A DNA stretch of 64,000 nucleotides from Planctomycetota bacterium (GTDB lineage: Bacteria; Planctomycetota; UBA1135; UBA2386). Location of the stretch: positions 928,001-992,000 of the forward strand of contig OZ245006.1 in NCBI GenBank assembly GCA_965223545.1, given 5' to 3'. Below the pieces are notes generated by a model. That model was given only the letters and a program-made list of their open reading frames with translations, did not search any database and was not told where the DNA came from. Shown one piece after another: positions 47,066 through 56,716 of this stretch (its first letter is position 1; the number at the start of each line of letters is the position of its first letter). The position numbers were made by a program, and so were the translations under genes.

Positions 47066-48082
47066 TCAGCGCGGCGCGAACTTGCGCAGCTTGTCCAGCA
47101 CCCGCGTCAGCGCAGCCGGCAGCGGAGCGCTGGCGCGCACCACGCTACCAGACGAGCCCGGCGACGGCACTGCGATCGAGACGGCGTGCAGGAACATCCG
47201 CGACAACAACGGCGTCTCGGCGACGCCCCGGCGCAGCTTGAAGCCCGGTTTGATGTCCGACAGCAGCAGGGCGCGGCGGCCGCCGTAGTCGGGATCGCCG
47301 ATGATGCCGTGGCCCGCGGCGGCGAGGTGCACGCGGATCTGATGGCTCCGGCCGGTGCGCGGCCGCGCGGCGACCAGCGTGTAGCGCTGGAACCGCTCGA
47401 GCCGCTCGACGTCGGTGTGCGCGCTGCGCGCCCCCTTGCTGTCTGGATCGACGACGCGGATCCGCCCGGGCCGGCGCCGGTCCGGCCCGAGCGAGCGCCG
47501 CAGCGCCATCTCCGGCCGCAGCAGCTCACCGAAGACCAGGGCCTGATACTCCTTCTCGACCTCGCCGGCCCGGAACGCGCGGTCCATCGCGCGCGCCGCC
47601 GCCAAGCCCTTGGCCAGCACGAGACAGCCCGAAGTGCCCGCATCCAAGCGATGCACGATGCGCAGATCGTCGTCGGGCCGCAGCGCGGTCAGCTCGCCGT
47701 GCACGCCGCGGTACTTACCGGCGCGGTCGGGCACGGTCGGCATGCCCGCCGGCTTGTCGACCACCAGCAGATCGTCGTCCTCGTAGAGGACGTCCAGCGC
47801 CCCCGTTTCCGCTCGCGTTCGCGCGGGCACCGACGCCGCGGCGAAGCGCAGCTCGACGACATCGCTGACCGCGAGCCGCGCCTGGGGCTGGGTCGGCTCA
47901 CCGTTGACCGTCACCGTCGCCGCGCGGATCGCCCGCCGCAAAAAGCGGCGGTCGGCGGTCGGAAACCGCCGCGCGAGGACGTCCTCGACGCGGATGCGCC
48001 GGTCCTCGGGCTCGATGAACAACCGCTGGACAACGGCCGGCAGCGCGGCGCCGGCGCCCGATCCCGGGGCGCGCCGGCTCAC
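47066..48082 (-). CDS. RluA-family pseudouridine synthase with S4-like N-terminus
   Basis: LYEDDDLLVVDKPAG, VHRLDAGTSG, TGRSHQIRVH, GDPDYG, MFLHA. Confidence 0.93.
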   Translation of the reverse strand: MSRRAPGSGAGAALPAVVQRLFIEPEDRRIRVEDVLARRFPTADRRFLRRAIRAATVTVNGEPTQPQARLAVSDVVELRFAAASVPARTRAETGALDVLYEDDDLLVVDKPAGMPTVPDRAGKYRGVHGELTALRPDDDLRIVHRLDAGTSGCLVLAKGLAAARAMDRAFRAGEVEKEYQALVFGELLRPEMALRRSLGPDRRRPGRIRVVDPDSKGARSAHTDVERLERFQRYTLVAARPRTGRSHQIRVHLAAAGHGIIGDPDYGGRRALLLSDIKPGFKLRRGVAETPLLSRMFLHAVSIAVPSPGSSGSVVRASAPLPAALTRVLDKLRKFAPR

Positions 48083-49212
48083 CGGTTGCGGTTCAGCCGC
48101 CGCACCAACGCCTTGAGCTCCCCGATCTCCTCGCGCAGCGCACGCACCTCGTCGCGCAAGCGCGTCATCTCGGCCTGCTCCATCTCGGCGGTCTCGGTCT
48201 CGGCACCGCGCCGGGTCTCACCGATCGCCCGGCGGATCCGCTCGGCGGCACTCGGGCGCGACGTCGGCCGCGACTCGGCGCGCACTTCGCCCGCCGCATC
48301 GTGCTCCTCTTCGTGCCCTGCCTCGTGCTCGCCCTCGGGCTCCTCTTCGACGATCTCCTCCGGCTCCTCGGGCTCGTCCGCGACCTCGGCCTCGGTGACG
48401 TCATCGAGCGCGACCATCGGCGCGCCGGCCGTGCCCAGGGTCAACGGGAGGCGGCGGGTACCGCCGTCGCGGCGCACGACGACGCGCACCACCTGGCCCG
48501 GGCGCAGCTCGGCCAACGCCTTCTCCAGGTCGGCGGTCGAGCGGATCTCGGCGCGACCGAGACCGACCATGGCATCACCGTCGCGCATCCCGGCGCGCGC
48601 TGCCGGGCTGCCCTCCACCACTTCGTCGATCTGCACGGCGCCATCGCCGTCGACGACCCGCACCCCGATGAAGGGCCGGCCACCGCTCTCGACGCGCGCG
48701 GTCGGCATCAGGCGGCGCACCCTCTCGCCGCGCGGAGCCGCCTCGGCGACGGCTTCCTCGGCGGCGGCCTCTTCGGCGGCGGCTTCCTCGGCGGCGGCTT
48801 CCTCAGCGACCGGCGCCGCCACTGCCTCTTGTGGCGCGTCTTCCGTCTCGGTGGCGGTCTCCTCGGCCTCCTCCGCGTCGGCCGGCGGCGGCACGACGTC
48901 CGGCCGCTTGCCGAGGACCACCGCCAGCGTGTGCTCGGTGCCGTCTCGCCGCAGGCGCAGCACGACCCGGTCCCCCGCGTTGTGGCTGCCGATCGCCTCG
49001 CGGAACTCGTCGACCTTCGGCGTCTCGCGATCGCCGACCGCGATGAGCTGGTCACCGGCGCGGATCCCGGCCTTGGCGGCGGCGGTATCCGAGATCACGC
49101 TCTGCACGATGGCAGGGCCGCTCTCGGGGAGGTAGACCCCGAGAAAGCCATCGCCGGCGAGCACGCCGAGCAACAGCAGGAGGGGGAGAGAAAGCGCGGA
49201 AGGAACGCTCAT
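48079..49212 (-). CDS. Exported protein with two PDZ domains, acidic linkers and a C-terminal coiled coil
   Basis: GFLGV...AAKAGIRAGD; PFIGV...SPAARAGMRDGD; EMTRLRDEVRALREEIGELKALV. Confidence 0.85.
   Translation of the reverse strand: MSVPSALSLPLLLLLGVLAGDGFLGVYLPESGPAIVQSVISDTAAAKAGIRAGDQLIAVGDRETPKVDEFREAIGSHNAGDRVVLRLRRDGTEHTLAVVLGKRPDVVPPPADAEEAEETATETEDAPQEAVAAPVAEEAAAEEAAAEEAAAEEAVAEAAPRGERVRRLMPTARVESGGRPFIGVRVVDGDGAVQIDEVVEGSPAARAGMRDGDAMVGLGRAEIRSTADLEKALAELRPGQVVRVVVRRDGGTRRLPLTLGTAGAPMVALDDVTEAEVADEPEEPEEIVEEEPEGEHEAGHEEEHDAAGEVRAESRPTSRPSAAERIRRAIGETRRGAETETAEMEQAEMTRLRDEVRALREEIGELKALVRRLNRNR
48738..48806 (-). repeat. Coding 15-bp tandem repeat (EEAAA)
   Basis: Encodes AEEAAAEEAAAEEAAAEEAVAEAA. 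Confidence 0.8.
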
Positions 49213-49426
49213 TTGGAGATGCTCGTGGGGAGGATGAACGGAGGGGCACGCGGCCCTGACGGGGCCATGCGCGGCTGGCCGTAGAATATCCGCGCTCGGC
49301 GAGAACTTCCGCGCCGCGCTGCCGGCGGTCGGATCTCATGCCGGGGGCCGGCCACGGCGCCGCTCCCCGGTCGGCCCGCGCCACCGACGGGTCGGGCCCG
49401 CCGACTGCTGCCGGATGGCGAGCGAA

Positions 49427-49816
49427 TTACGCCCGGCGCGGGGACGGCGGCGCCGATGGGCCGACCATCGCGACCAGACGCCGGCCGAGCACGACCTCGA
49501 CCCGCAGCACGGCCGCGCCGCGCAGCAGGCGCACGCGCACACGATCGCCGACGATCGACCGCCGGATCTCCGCGGCGAGCTGCTCGGGCTCGCGCACCCG
49601 CACGCCGCCGAGCGCCACGATGTGGTCGCCGGCTTGGAGCCCGGCGGCCGCGGCCGGCGAGCCCGGCACGACCTCACCGATGCGCACGCCGTCGACGTCC
49701 GGGTCCAGCATCACCCCCAGCCAACCGCGCTGCGACCCGGCGGGGAGCGCGCCCAAGAGGGCGGTGCACAGAACCGAAATCACGGCGTGGGCGGGCATCG
49801 GACTGCCGATTGGCAT
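49427..49816 (-). CDS. Small exported single-PDZ protein
   Basis: GWLGV, VVPGSPAAAAGLQAGD; hydrophobic N-terminus; start uncertain. Confidence 0.7.
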   Translation of the reverse strand: MPIGSPMPAHAVISVLCTALLGALPAGSQRGWLGVMLDPDVDGVRIGEVVPGSPAAAAGLQAGDHIVALGGVRVREPEQLAAEIRRSIVGDRVRVRLLRGAAVLRVEVVLGRRLVAMVGPSAPPSPRRA

Positions 49817-49855
49817 CGGCGACGCGGCGATCTCGGCTTGACTCAGGATCTCGCC

Positions 49856-49884
49856 TTGACGCGCGGCATCGGACTCCCTATCTC
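49856..49884 (+). promoter_or_regulatory. Candidate sigma70 promoter of the tRNA
   Basis: TTGACG-N17-TATCTC, about 30 nt upstream of the tRNA. Confidence 0.5.
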
Positions 49885-49915
49885 ATGCACGTCGGCCTGA
49901 AACGCCGCTGCAAGC

Positions 49916-49991
49916 GCCCCGTTCGTCTAGCGGCCTAGGATACATGGTTCTCATCCATGTGACACGGGTTCGAGTCCCGTACGGGGTACCA
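49916..49991 (+). tRNA. tRNA-Glu (anticodon CTC)
   Basis: Acceptor GCCCCGT/ACGGGGT-A-CCA; anticodon arm CATGG-TTCTCAT-CCATG; T arm GGTTCGAGTCC; 76 nt. Confidence 0.97.
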
Positions 49992-49993
49992 AT

Positions 49994-50030
49994 GGGCGGG
50001 GCGAGCCGAGCTCGCCCCGCCCGATCTTTG
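49994..50030 (+). terminator. Terminator-like hairpin after the tRNA
   Basis: GGGCGGGGCGAG-CCGAG-CTCGCCCCGCCC then GATCTTTG. Confidence 0.65.
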
Positions 50031-50076
50031 CCGCCGGCGCCGCCGGCGGCGCACGTTTGACCCGCGGACGACCCGC

Positions 50077-51153
50077 TTGGCCTGGCTCGGCAGACAAGAC
50101 CTGGAAGACCGCGAGCACCGCACGCTGCACCGGTTCGCCACCCTCAGCGACCGGGCGGGCGGCCGCCGGCTCGACGAGCCGGAGGACCCGATCCGCACGG
50201 CGTTTCAGCGCGACCGCGACCGCATCATCCACTGCACCGCGTTTCGCCGCCTGCAGCACAAGACGCAGGTGATGGCCGCGTTCGAGGGCGACCACTACCG
50301 CAGCCGCATGACCCACTCGCTCGAGGTCGCCCAGCTGGCGCGCGGCGTGGCGCACGCGCTGCGGCTCAACGCCGACCTCGCCGAGGCGGTCGCGCTGGCG
50401 CACGACCTGGGCCACCCGCCGTTCGGGCACGTCGGCGAGGACGGCCTGGCGGAGCGGATGGCGACGCACGGTGGGTTTCGCCACAACGCTCAGGGTGCGC
50501 GAATCGTCGACTGCCTGGAGGATCCCTACGCGCACGGCTTCGGCCTCAACCTCACCCTGGTGGTGCGGCAGTCGCTGCTCAAGGGGCCGGTGCCGGACGG
50601 CTTTCCGCTGAGCGCGGACCTGCACACCGGACGCGAGCTGCCACTCGAGGCGCAGGTCGTCGACCGCTGCGACAAGATCGCCTACCTGTGCCACGACCTC
50701 GACGACGGCTTGCGCGCCGGCGCCTTCACCGAGGCCGATGCGGCCGGCCTGCGCCTCTGGCAGCGCGCGGCGCAACGCTGCGCCTCACCCGTCACCGCGC
50801 GGATCGTCAGCGACATGATCGCGATCCTCGTCCACGACCTGATCGAGACCACCGCGACGCGGCTCGACGCGGCGACGACCAGCCCACGCCCCGCCCACTC
50901 CGCCGAGGTCACCGTGCTGACCGACGAGCTGCAGCGCTTCCTGCGGACCGAGTTCTACCGCTCGCGCATGGTGCTCGAACGCATGCAGCACGGCGTCGAG
51001 CAGCTGTGCGCCGTGTTCGACGCCCTGCTGGCCAAGCCCGAGGGCCTGCCGGCCAAGGCCCGCGCGCGCCTGACGCGGGATGGGTTGGAACGGACCGTGT
51101 GCGACCACGTCGCCGGCATGACCGACCGCTATCTGGTGCGCCAGCCGACGTAG
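50077..51153 (+). CDS. dgt: dGTP triphosphohydrolase-like HD-domain protein
   Basis: FQRDRDRIIH, FRRLQHKTQV, RMTHSLEV, HDLGHPPFGHVGE, HDLDDG, VAGMTDRY. Confidence 0.92.
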   Translation: MAWLGRQDLEDREHRTLHRFATLSDRAGGRRLDEPEDPIRTAFQRDRDRIIHCTAFRRLQHKTQVMAAFEGDHYRSRMTHSLEVAQLARGVAHALRLNADLAEAVALAHDLGHPPFGHVGEDGLAERMATHGGFRHNAQGARIVDCLEDPYAHGFGLNLTLVVRQSLLKGPVPDGFPLSADLHTGRELPLEAQVVDRCDKIAYLCHDLDDGLRAGAFTEADAAGLRLWQRAAQRCASPVTARIVSDMIAILVHDLIETTATRLDAATTSPRPAHSAEVTVLTDELQRFLRTEFYRSRMVLERMQHGVEQLCAVFDALLAKPEGLPAKARARLTRDGLERTVCDHVAGMTDRYLVRQPT

Positions 51154-51185
51154 AGCCGCGAAGGCGAGCGCCGGCCTTCAAGCGT

Positions 51186-52319
51186 TCAAGCGCCGCCGGG
51201 AGCCAACCGCGCGATCGCCGCCAGGACCTGCCCGGGCTCGATCCGCTGCTGGCAGTGTGGATCGACCGCGCAGGTCGGTAGATAGCAGCACAGACAGTCG
51301 AGCCCCTCGGGCACGATCTTCTCGCCGCGGCCGAACAGCTCGATCTCGGCGCTCGAGGTCGGGCCGAACAAGGCCACCACCGGCACCTTGCGCGCGGTGG
51401 CGACGTGCAGCGCGAAGGTGTCGCCGGTGACCACGACCGCGCACATCTCGAGCATCGCGGCGAAGCGGCGCACCGAGTGGCTGGTGCCGGCGTCGAACAC
51501 CGGCAGCGCCGAGGTCGCGGCCAACAGCCGCTCGTGGCGATCGCGCTCTTCCGGACCGCCGAGCAGCAGCATGCCCATGCCCCGCGCCGCCACCCGGTGC
51601 GCCAGCTCGATCTGGTGGTCCAACGTCCACTGCTTGCGCTCCCAGCGGCCGCCGGCCCCGGTGTTGAGGCCGACCAGGGGCCCGTCGAACGGCAGGGCCG
51701 CGCGGTAGGCGCGGCCGTTGGCGGCATCGGCGTCCCCCGGCTCGAGAATCGGCTCGGCGACGTGCGCGGGCGACACCTCCAACACGGCGGCGATGCGGGC
51801 CTGATAGGTCTGCTGGTTCTGCTTCTTGCGGGCGTCCGACAGCCCCATGGCCAGCCACTCCTCGGCGCCGGCCGACAGCGCGAGCACCCGGCCCTTCGCG
51901 TCCATCGAGAAGCCGCGCCGTTCGCGCCCGCGGGCGGCGGCGGCCAGCACCGCGGCGTCCGGGTCGGCATCCGGACACAACACCGCGTCGAACTCTTCGA
52001 CCGCGAGGCGCGCCGCGGTGCGCGCGTCGGCAGTGGTCAGCACCTCGTCGACCATGGGGTTGCCGGGAAACAGCGCCGCCGCGCCCGGCGCCGTCAGCCA
52101 GGTCACCTTGGCGCGCGGAAACGCCGCGTGGATCGCCGGCAACAGCGACGTCGTGCGCAGCACGTCGCCGAGGGCGGCCAGCTTGACCACGAGCACCCGG
52201 TGCTCCACCGGGTCGTAGTCGTCGGTGCACGTCCCGCAGGTGACGCCGGTGCGCTTGTGCGGCGCGCACGGGCGATCCCAGCGAAAGTGGCGACAGTCAG
52301 GCTTGCGTTCCTCGGACAT
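51186..52319 (-). CDS. GT9 glycosyltransferase (heptosyltransferase-like)
   Basis: KLAALGDVLRTT, GLNTGAGGRW, TGDTFALH, FGPTSSAEI; start MSEERK at 52319. Confidence 0.88.
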   Translation of the reverse strand: MSEERKPDCRHFRWDRPCAPHKRTGVTCGTCTDDYDPVEHRVLVVKLAALGDVLRTTSLLPAIHAAFPRAKVTWLTAPGAAALFPGNPMVDEVLTTADARTAARLAVEEFDAVLCPDADPDAAVLAAAARGRERRGFSMDAKGRVLALSAGAEEWLAMGLSDARKKQNQQTYQARIAAVLEVSPAHVAEPILEPGDADAANGRAYRAALPFDGPLVGLNTGAGGRWERKQWTLDHQIELAHRVAARGMGMLLLGGPEERDRHERLLAATSALPVFDAGTSHSVRRFAAMLEMCAVVVTGDTFALHVATARKVPVVALFGPTSSAEIELFGRGEKIVPEGLDCLCCYLPTCAVDPHCQQRIEPGQVLAAIARLAPGGA

Positions 52320-53412
52320 TCCGCTCCGCGACCAGACGCGAGAAGAGGGCCTCCATTCTTTCGGCCATCGCGGTGTGCGCGAACAAGCGACGGGTGCGGG
52401 CCGCGCCGGCGGCACCCGCCGCCGCCCGCCAGCCGCCATCGGCGAGCGCCTGGGCCAGCGCCTCGGTGAGCGCGCCGGCTTCGCCCGGCGGGACCACCAG
52501 CCCGGTGCTGCGATGTTCGACGATCTCGGGCAGGCCACCGACCGCGCTGACCACCAGGGGCAGGCCGGCGGCGCTGGCCTCGAGACACGCGTTGCTCAGG
52601 CCCTCGTTGTACGAAGGCATACAGAAGAGGTCGCTGGCGGCGTAGAGCGCGGCCACCGGCTTGACGGCGCCCGGCAGCCGCACCACTTCCCGCAGGCCAG
52701 CGCGCTCGACGCGCCGCTCGAGCTCGGCATGGTCCGCCCCGGTCCCGGCCAGCACGACGACCAGGTTCGGGAACTTCCCGACCAGCGCCGCCGCTGCCTC
52801 GATCAGCAGCCGCTGGCCCTTGCGCGGCCGCAGGGTCGCCGCGCAGCTGACCACCAGCGCGTCCTCGGCCAGCCCGAGGCCGGCGCGGGCGGTGCTCGCG
52901 TCGGGCAGCGAGGCCCACGGCGCCATGTCGATGCCCTCGTGGATCAGGCTGACGCGGTCGGCCGGCACCCCCGCCGCCAGCACCGCGCGCCGCACCGATT
53001 CGCAGTTGGCGACGGTGTGGTCGACCAACCGCCGGTAGCGACCGCCGTGCAGCCGCCCGGGCCGGATCGGGTAGTCGATCCGCCGCGTGGTCACGCGGAC
53101 GGGGACCGTCTCGCGACGGGCAAACCAACCGCCCCACAACAGCGACCGGCCGCAGCCGAAGTGCAGCACGTCCGGCTGCGCGCGCCGCACCGCCGCGCGC
53201 AGCGTCGCCGCGGTGCGCGGCCGCAGCGGGCGCCGCAAGTCGACCTCGACCACCGGGGCGGCGATGCGCCGCGCAACGCCTTCGAAGTCCGCGCCCGGCG
53301 CCAGCACGAAGTGGTTGTCGTGGCCGCGCGCGTGCAGGTGCTCGACCAGGTGCTGCAGCTGCACCTCGCCGCCGGAGAAGCCGCGTTCGGCGAGGACGTG
53401 CTGCACCCGCAT
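52297..53412 (-). CDS. GT4 glycosyltransferase
   Basis: GFSGGEVQ, RPRKGQ, PSYNEGLSNACLEA, GGLPEIV. Confidence 0.9.
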   Translation of the reverse strand: MRVQHVLAERGFSGGEVQLQHLVEHLHARGHDNHFVLAPGADFEGVARRIAAPVVEVDLRRPLRPRTAATLRAAVRRAQPDVLHFGCGRSLLWGGWFARRETVPVRVTTRRIDYPIRPGRLHGGRYRRLVDHTVANCESVRRAVLAAGVPADRVSLIHEGIDMAPWASLPDASTARAGLGLAEDALVVSCAATLRPRKGQRLLIEAAAALVGKFPNLVVVLAGTGADHAELERRVERAGLREVVRLPGAVKPVAALYAASDLFCMPSYNEGLSNACLEASAAGLPLVVSAVGGLPEIVEHRSTGLVVPPGEAGALTEALAQALADGGWRAAAGAAGAARTRRLFAHTAMAERMEALFSRLVAERNVRGTQA

Positions 53413-53423
53413 CGCGGCGCTCG

Positions 53424-54500
53424 TCAGGAGCTCGACGTCAGCGACGAAGCCAAGCGCTGCACGCCCTGGCGCAGCGCACTCGGCGGCGGCGGCTCCGCCA
53501 CCGGCACCCGGGCGGTGCCGAGCAGCTCGAGGATGCGCGCCACCCGGTGGTGGTACTGGTGTGCGTCCATCACCAGCTCGTGGCCCTGCCGGGCGATGCG
53601 GGCGCGGGCCGCGGGGTCCGCGAGGTAGCGGCCGATGACCTCGACGCACTCGTCGACGTCACGGTACCACGCCAGGTGCTCGCCGTCGGTGAACACCGTC
53701 TCCAAGCCCGGCACGTAGTGCGTCACGTGGAAGCCACCGCACGCCAACGTCAAGAACGTCCGGTTGCTGAAGTAGAGCGGATCGTCGTTGAACTGGTTGA
53801 GCCCGAGGACGACGCGCGAGCTGGCGCACAGCCGCCGCAGGCCGCGGTTGGCGACCGCCGGCCGCACGCGCACCGAGTCCGCCCACGGTGCCCACGCATC
53901 GGTGACGCCGAACACCTCGGTGTCGAAGTGCTGGCTCAGGCGCTGCACGAACCGCGCGCGGTCGCCGTGCCGGCCCGGCCCACCGACGAACACCACATCC
54001 CGCTCGGGCTCGCGGGGCGGCGCCGGGAAGTGGTAGCGCGGCGAGAACCCGCTCATCAAGAACACCGCCTGGCTGACCCCCTGCTGGTGCAGAGCGTCGC
54101 GGTGCGCCGGGTTGCTGACACAGACCAGCCGTGCCTGGCGCATGTAGTCGACCATCTCGGGGTCGAGATGATCGAAGCGCTCCTCGATCCACAGCACGAC
54201 CGGCGTCCGGCCCGTGATCTCGCCCAGCAGCGGCGCCGGCAGGTCCTGGCAGAACACCAGCACCAGATCCGGCCGGAAGCTCTCGTAGACGCGACGCGCC
54301 CGCCGCATGGCGCGTTCGCCGCCGAACCACCGCCGCTGGGTCGCCATGTTGACCCAGCGCACCTGGAGGCCGTGGCCGCGCAGGGCGTCGACCAGCCCGC
54401 CGGTACACCGGCTGCGCGACATGCTCTTGCCAAAGAACAGGACTCGACGCGGCGCCCCGGAGGCTGCGCTGGCTTGGGGCTGGAGCTTGTTCAGTGGCAT
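53424..54500 (-). CDS. Glycosyltransferase (CgeB/Glyco_trans_1_2-like)
   Basis: DVVFVG, YFSNRTFLTLACGGF, IARQGHELV...HQYHHRV. Confidence 0.8.
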   Translation of the reverse strand: MPLNKLQPQASAASGAPRRVLFFGKSMSRSRCTGGLVDALRGHGLQVRWVNMATQRRWFGGERAMRRARRVYESFRPDLVLVFCQDLPAPLLGEITGRTPVVLWIEERFDHLDPEMVDYMRQARLVCVSNPAHRDALHQQGVSQAVFLMSGFSPRYHFPAPPREPERDVVFVGGPGRHGDRARFVQRLSQHFDTEVFGVTDAWAPWADSVRVRPAVANRGLRRLCASSRVVLGLNQFNDDPLYFSNRTFLTLACGGFHVTHYVPGLETVFTDGEHLAWYRDVDECVEVIGRYLADPAARARIARQGHELVMDAHQYHHRVARILELLGTARVPVAEPPPPSALRQGVQRLASSLTSSS

Positions 54501-54518
54501 GGGGGTCGATCCGGGTGT

Positions 54519-55547
54519 TCAGCCAGGACAGTCTCCGTGTACCCGGACACCGCCTCTCGATAACTTGCGAAACCGCTCGTACCCCTCCAGCAAAATCGGC
54601 GCCTCGCGGGGCAGGACCACCTCACGGTTCGACGGTGGAATATAGACCGAGCCGTGGCCGGGAAGCCACAACCACTTGAGCAACAAGGCCCCGAGCACCG
54701 GCGGCCGCCCGTCCAGCACCTCGAGCGTGCGGTCGCCGACCCACAGCCGCCGCAGCTCGGGGCCGCCCTCGACCCAGCGGCCGCCGCCGGCCGCCGCCCG
54801 CCGCCGATACTCCCGACCGCACCAGCGCAGGCGCCGTTCGAACTCGGTGCTGTCGCGAAAGCACCGCCGCACGCGCTGCAGCGGCGCACGCCGCGCCAGC
54901 TCCTCGCCGTGGCGTCGCGCGCTGGCGACCTCGGCCTCGGCAAAGCCCGCCGCGGTCAGCGCCGGCGCGAGCTGGGGCCGCTGCTCCAGCAGCTTGCCGA
55001 GCAACGCCACGCGCGTGCGCGCACCGAGGCCGGGCCGGCACTGGCGCGCCGACTGGAGATCCAACACCGCCACGCCGCCATCGCGCAGCGCGACGAAGTT
55101 GGCCGGATGCAGGTCGGGATGGTGGATGCCGGCCTCGACCAGCGCCTTGGTCGCGGCCGCGACGGCATCCGCTGCGGGCCGTGCGTCGGGATCGACCGGC
55201 AGCGCCGCGGTGACCAGCAGCGAGCGGTACGGCAGCAGCCGGCGCCGCGCGCCGCGCGCGGAAAGCACGGCCGGGCAGCACACCCCAGCGCGGCGCACGG
55301 CATCGAGCATGCGGGCCTCGTGCGGACCAGGCAACGCGCGCAGTAGATAGCGGATGCGGTCGCGCAGGCGGGGAAACGCCATCCACTTCGCGTAGGCACT
55401 CCCCGCGTCCGGCAACGCCCCCCGGGCCACCGCGCGCACGCGCCGGACCTGCACCGCCGTCAGTCCTGCGGGCATCGCGTCGGGCGCCGCGCAGACCGCG
55501 CGCCACCACGTTGCCAAGCAATCGCGATCGGCGGCGCTCAGCGACAC
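54519..55547 (-). CDS. Lipopolysaccharide kinase-like protein (Kdo/WaaP superfamily)
   Basis: HEARML...AGVCCP, GIHHPDLHPANF, VLDLQSA; lies within the LPS operon. Confidence 0.7.
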   Translation of the reverse strand: MSLSAADRDCLATWWRAVCAAPDAMPAGLTAVQVRRVRAVARGALPDAGSAYAKWMAFPRLRDRIRYLLRALPGPHEARMLDAVRRAGVCCPAVLSARGARRRLLPYRSLLVTAALPVDPDARPAADAVAAATKALVEAGIHHPDLHPANFVALRDGGVAVLDLQSARQCRPGLGARTRVALLGKLLEQRPQLAPALTAAGFAEAEVASARRHGEELARRAPLQRVRRCFRDSTEFERRLRWCGREYRRRAAAGGGRWVEGGPELRRLWVGDRTLEVLDGRPPVLGALLLKWLWLPGHGSVYIPPSNREVVLPREAPILLEGYERFRKLSRGGVRVHGDCPG

Positions 55548-56716
55548 CCGGCCCGCTCCCAGAGCTCGCCGTAGAACGCGCGCAACCGCCGCGCGGCCGC
55601 CACCGGGTCCATCGCGCCCACCGCCTTCGCCCGGGCGCGCGCGCCGGTCTGCTGGCGCGCCGCCGGCTCCTCGACCAAGCGCGCGAGCGCCGCGGCGACC
55701 GCCCCGGGCTCCTCGTCGCAGACCACCCCACACGGGGTCTCGCCGTCCGCGTCGAGGATCGCCGGCAGCATGCCGCGCCGCGTCGCCACCACCGGCAGGC
55801 CGTGCGCCATCGCTTCGCGCACCGCGCGGCAGGTGCCGTCCGAGCCGGGCACCAAGAACACGAACTGATCCAGCGCCGCCAGCGCGGCGCGGTACTGGCC
55901 GTCGTACAGATAGCCCGGCAGCGAGACGTGGTCGGCGAGGCCGAGGCGCGTGATCGGCTCCTGCACCAGGCGGCGCGTGTCCTCTTCGTTGCCCCGGCCC
56001 AGCAGCACGAAGTGGACGTGTGGGTGGCGCGCGACCAGGTCTTGCGCGACTTCCCACAACAACTCGAATCGACGGTGCGGCTGAATCCGCGCGGTGATGC
56101 CGATCGCCACCGCTTCCTGCGGGATCCCCAGGGCGTCCCGCGTCGCCCGGCGCCGCTCGCCGTCCTCCACCAGTTCGACCGGCTCGACCGGCGGCTCCTG
56201 CACCAGCACCGAGGACGAGGGGAGCCCCAACCGCTGGACCACTTCGCGGCCGCAGGCCGCGGTCGGCGCCACGACGCCATCGGTGCGGCGCAGGGCCATC
56301 CGCAACCGCCAGTCGCGGCGCGGCGGCCGCGGTTCGTACAGACTGCGCACCACCACGACGCGGCGCGGCACCGCCCGCCGCGCCAGCGCGGCGAGCAGGT
56401 GGTCGCCGAGCAGGTGCGTGTGCAGCAGATCGAAGTCACCGCGCTGCAGGCGGCGGCGCAGCGCGCGGACATCGCGCAGCAGCGACGGCGGGTGGAAGTG
56501 CTTGCGCAGACTCAGATCCCCGGTCACCGGCATGTGGCTGCGCGCAAGCTCGCGCCGCATGCGGTGCTCGGCGCCGGGCAGCGTCCACTGCGCCTGCGCG
56601 AACACCACGTCGGCGCCCAGCGCGCGCAGCCGCACCGCGCAGCGGATCGCCGGATCCGCCGGCCCGGTCCACTTGTAGTTCGAGAACAGGTGCAGGACGC
56701 GCAGGTCGGAGCTCAC
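55538..56716 (-). CDS. GT4 glycosyltransferase
   Basis: LRVLHL...WTGPADP, DLLHTH, GSDGTCRAVREAMAHGLPVV. Confidence 0.88.
   Translation of the reverse strand: MSSDLRVLHLFSNYKWTGPADPAIRCAVRLRALGADVVFAQAQWTLPGAEHRMRRELARSHMPVTGDLSLRKHFHPPSLLRDVRALRRRLQRGDFDLLHTHLLGDHLLAALARRAVPRRVVVVRSLYEPRPPRRDWRLRMALRRTDGVVAPTAACGREVVQRLGLPSSSVLVQEPPVEPVELVEDGERRRATRDALGIPQEAVAIGITARIQPHRRFELLWEVAQDLVARHPHVHFVLLGRGNEEDTRRLVQEPITRLGLADHVSLPGYLYDGQYRAALAALDQFVFLVPGSDGTCRAVREAMAHGLPVVATRRGMLPAILDADGETPCGVVCDEEPGAVAAALARLVEEPAARQQTGARARAKAVGAMDPVAAARRLRAFYGELWERAGCR

Noticed and set aside
49916..49991. tRNA-Glu as an integration site
   Set aside because: No integrase, no duplicated tRNA 3' end and no composition shift downstream.
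50077..51153. Anti-phage dGTPase or defence island with mazG
   Set aside because: Host-like GC, housekeeping neighbours and no defence genes around; mazG is the ordinary two-domain type.
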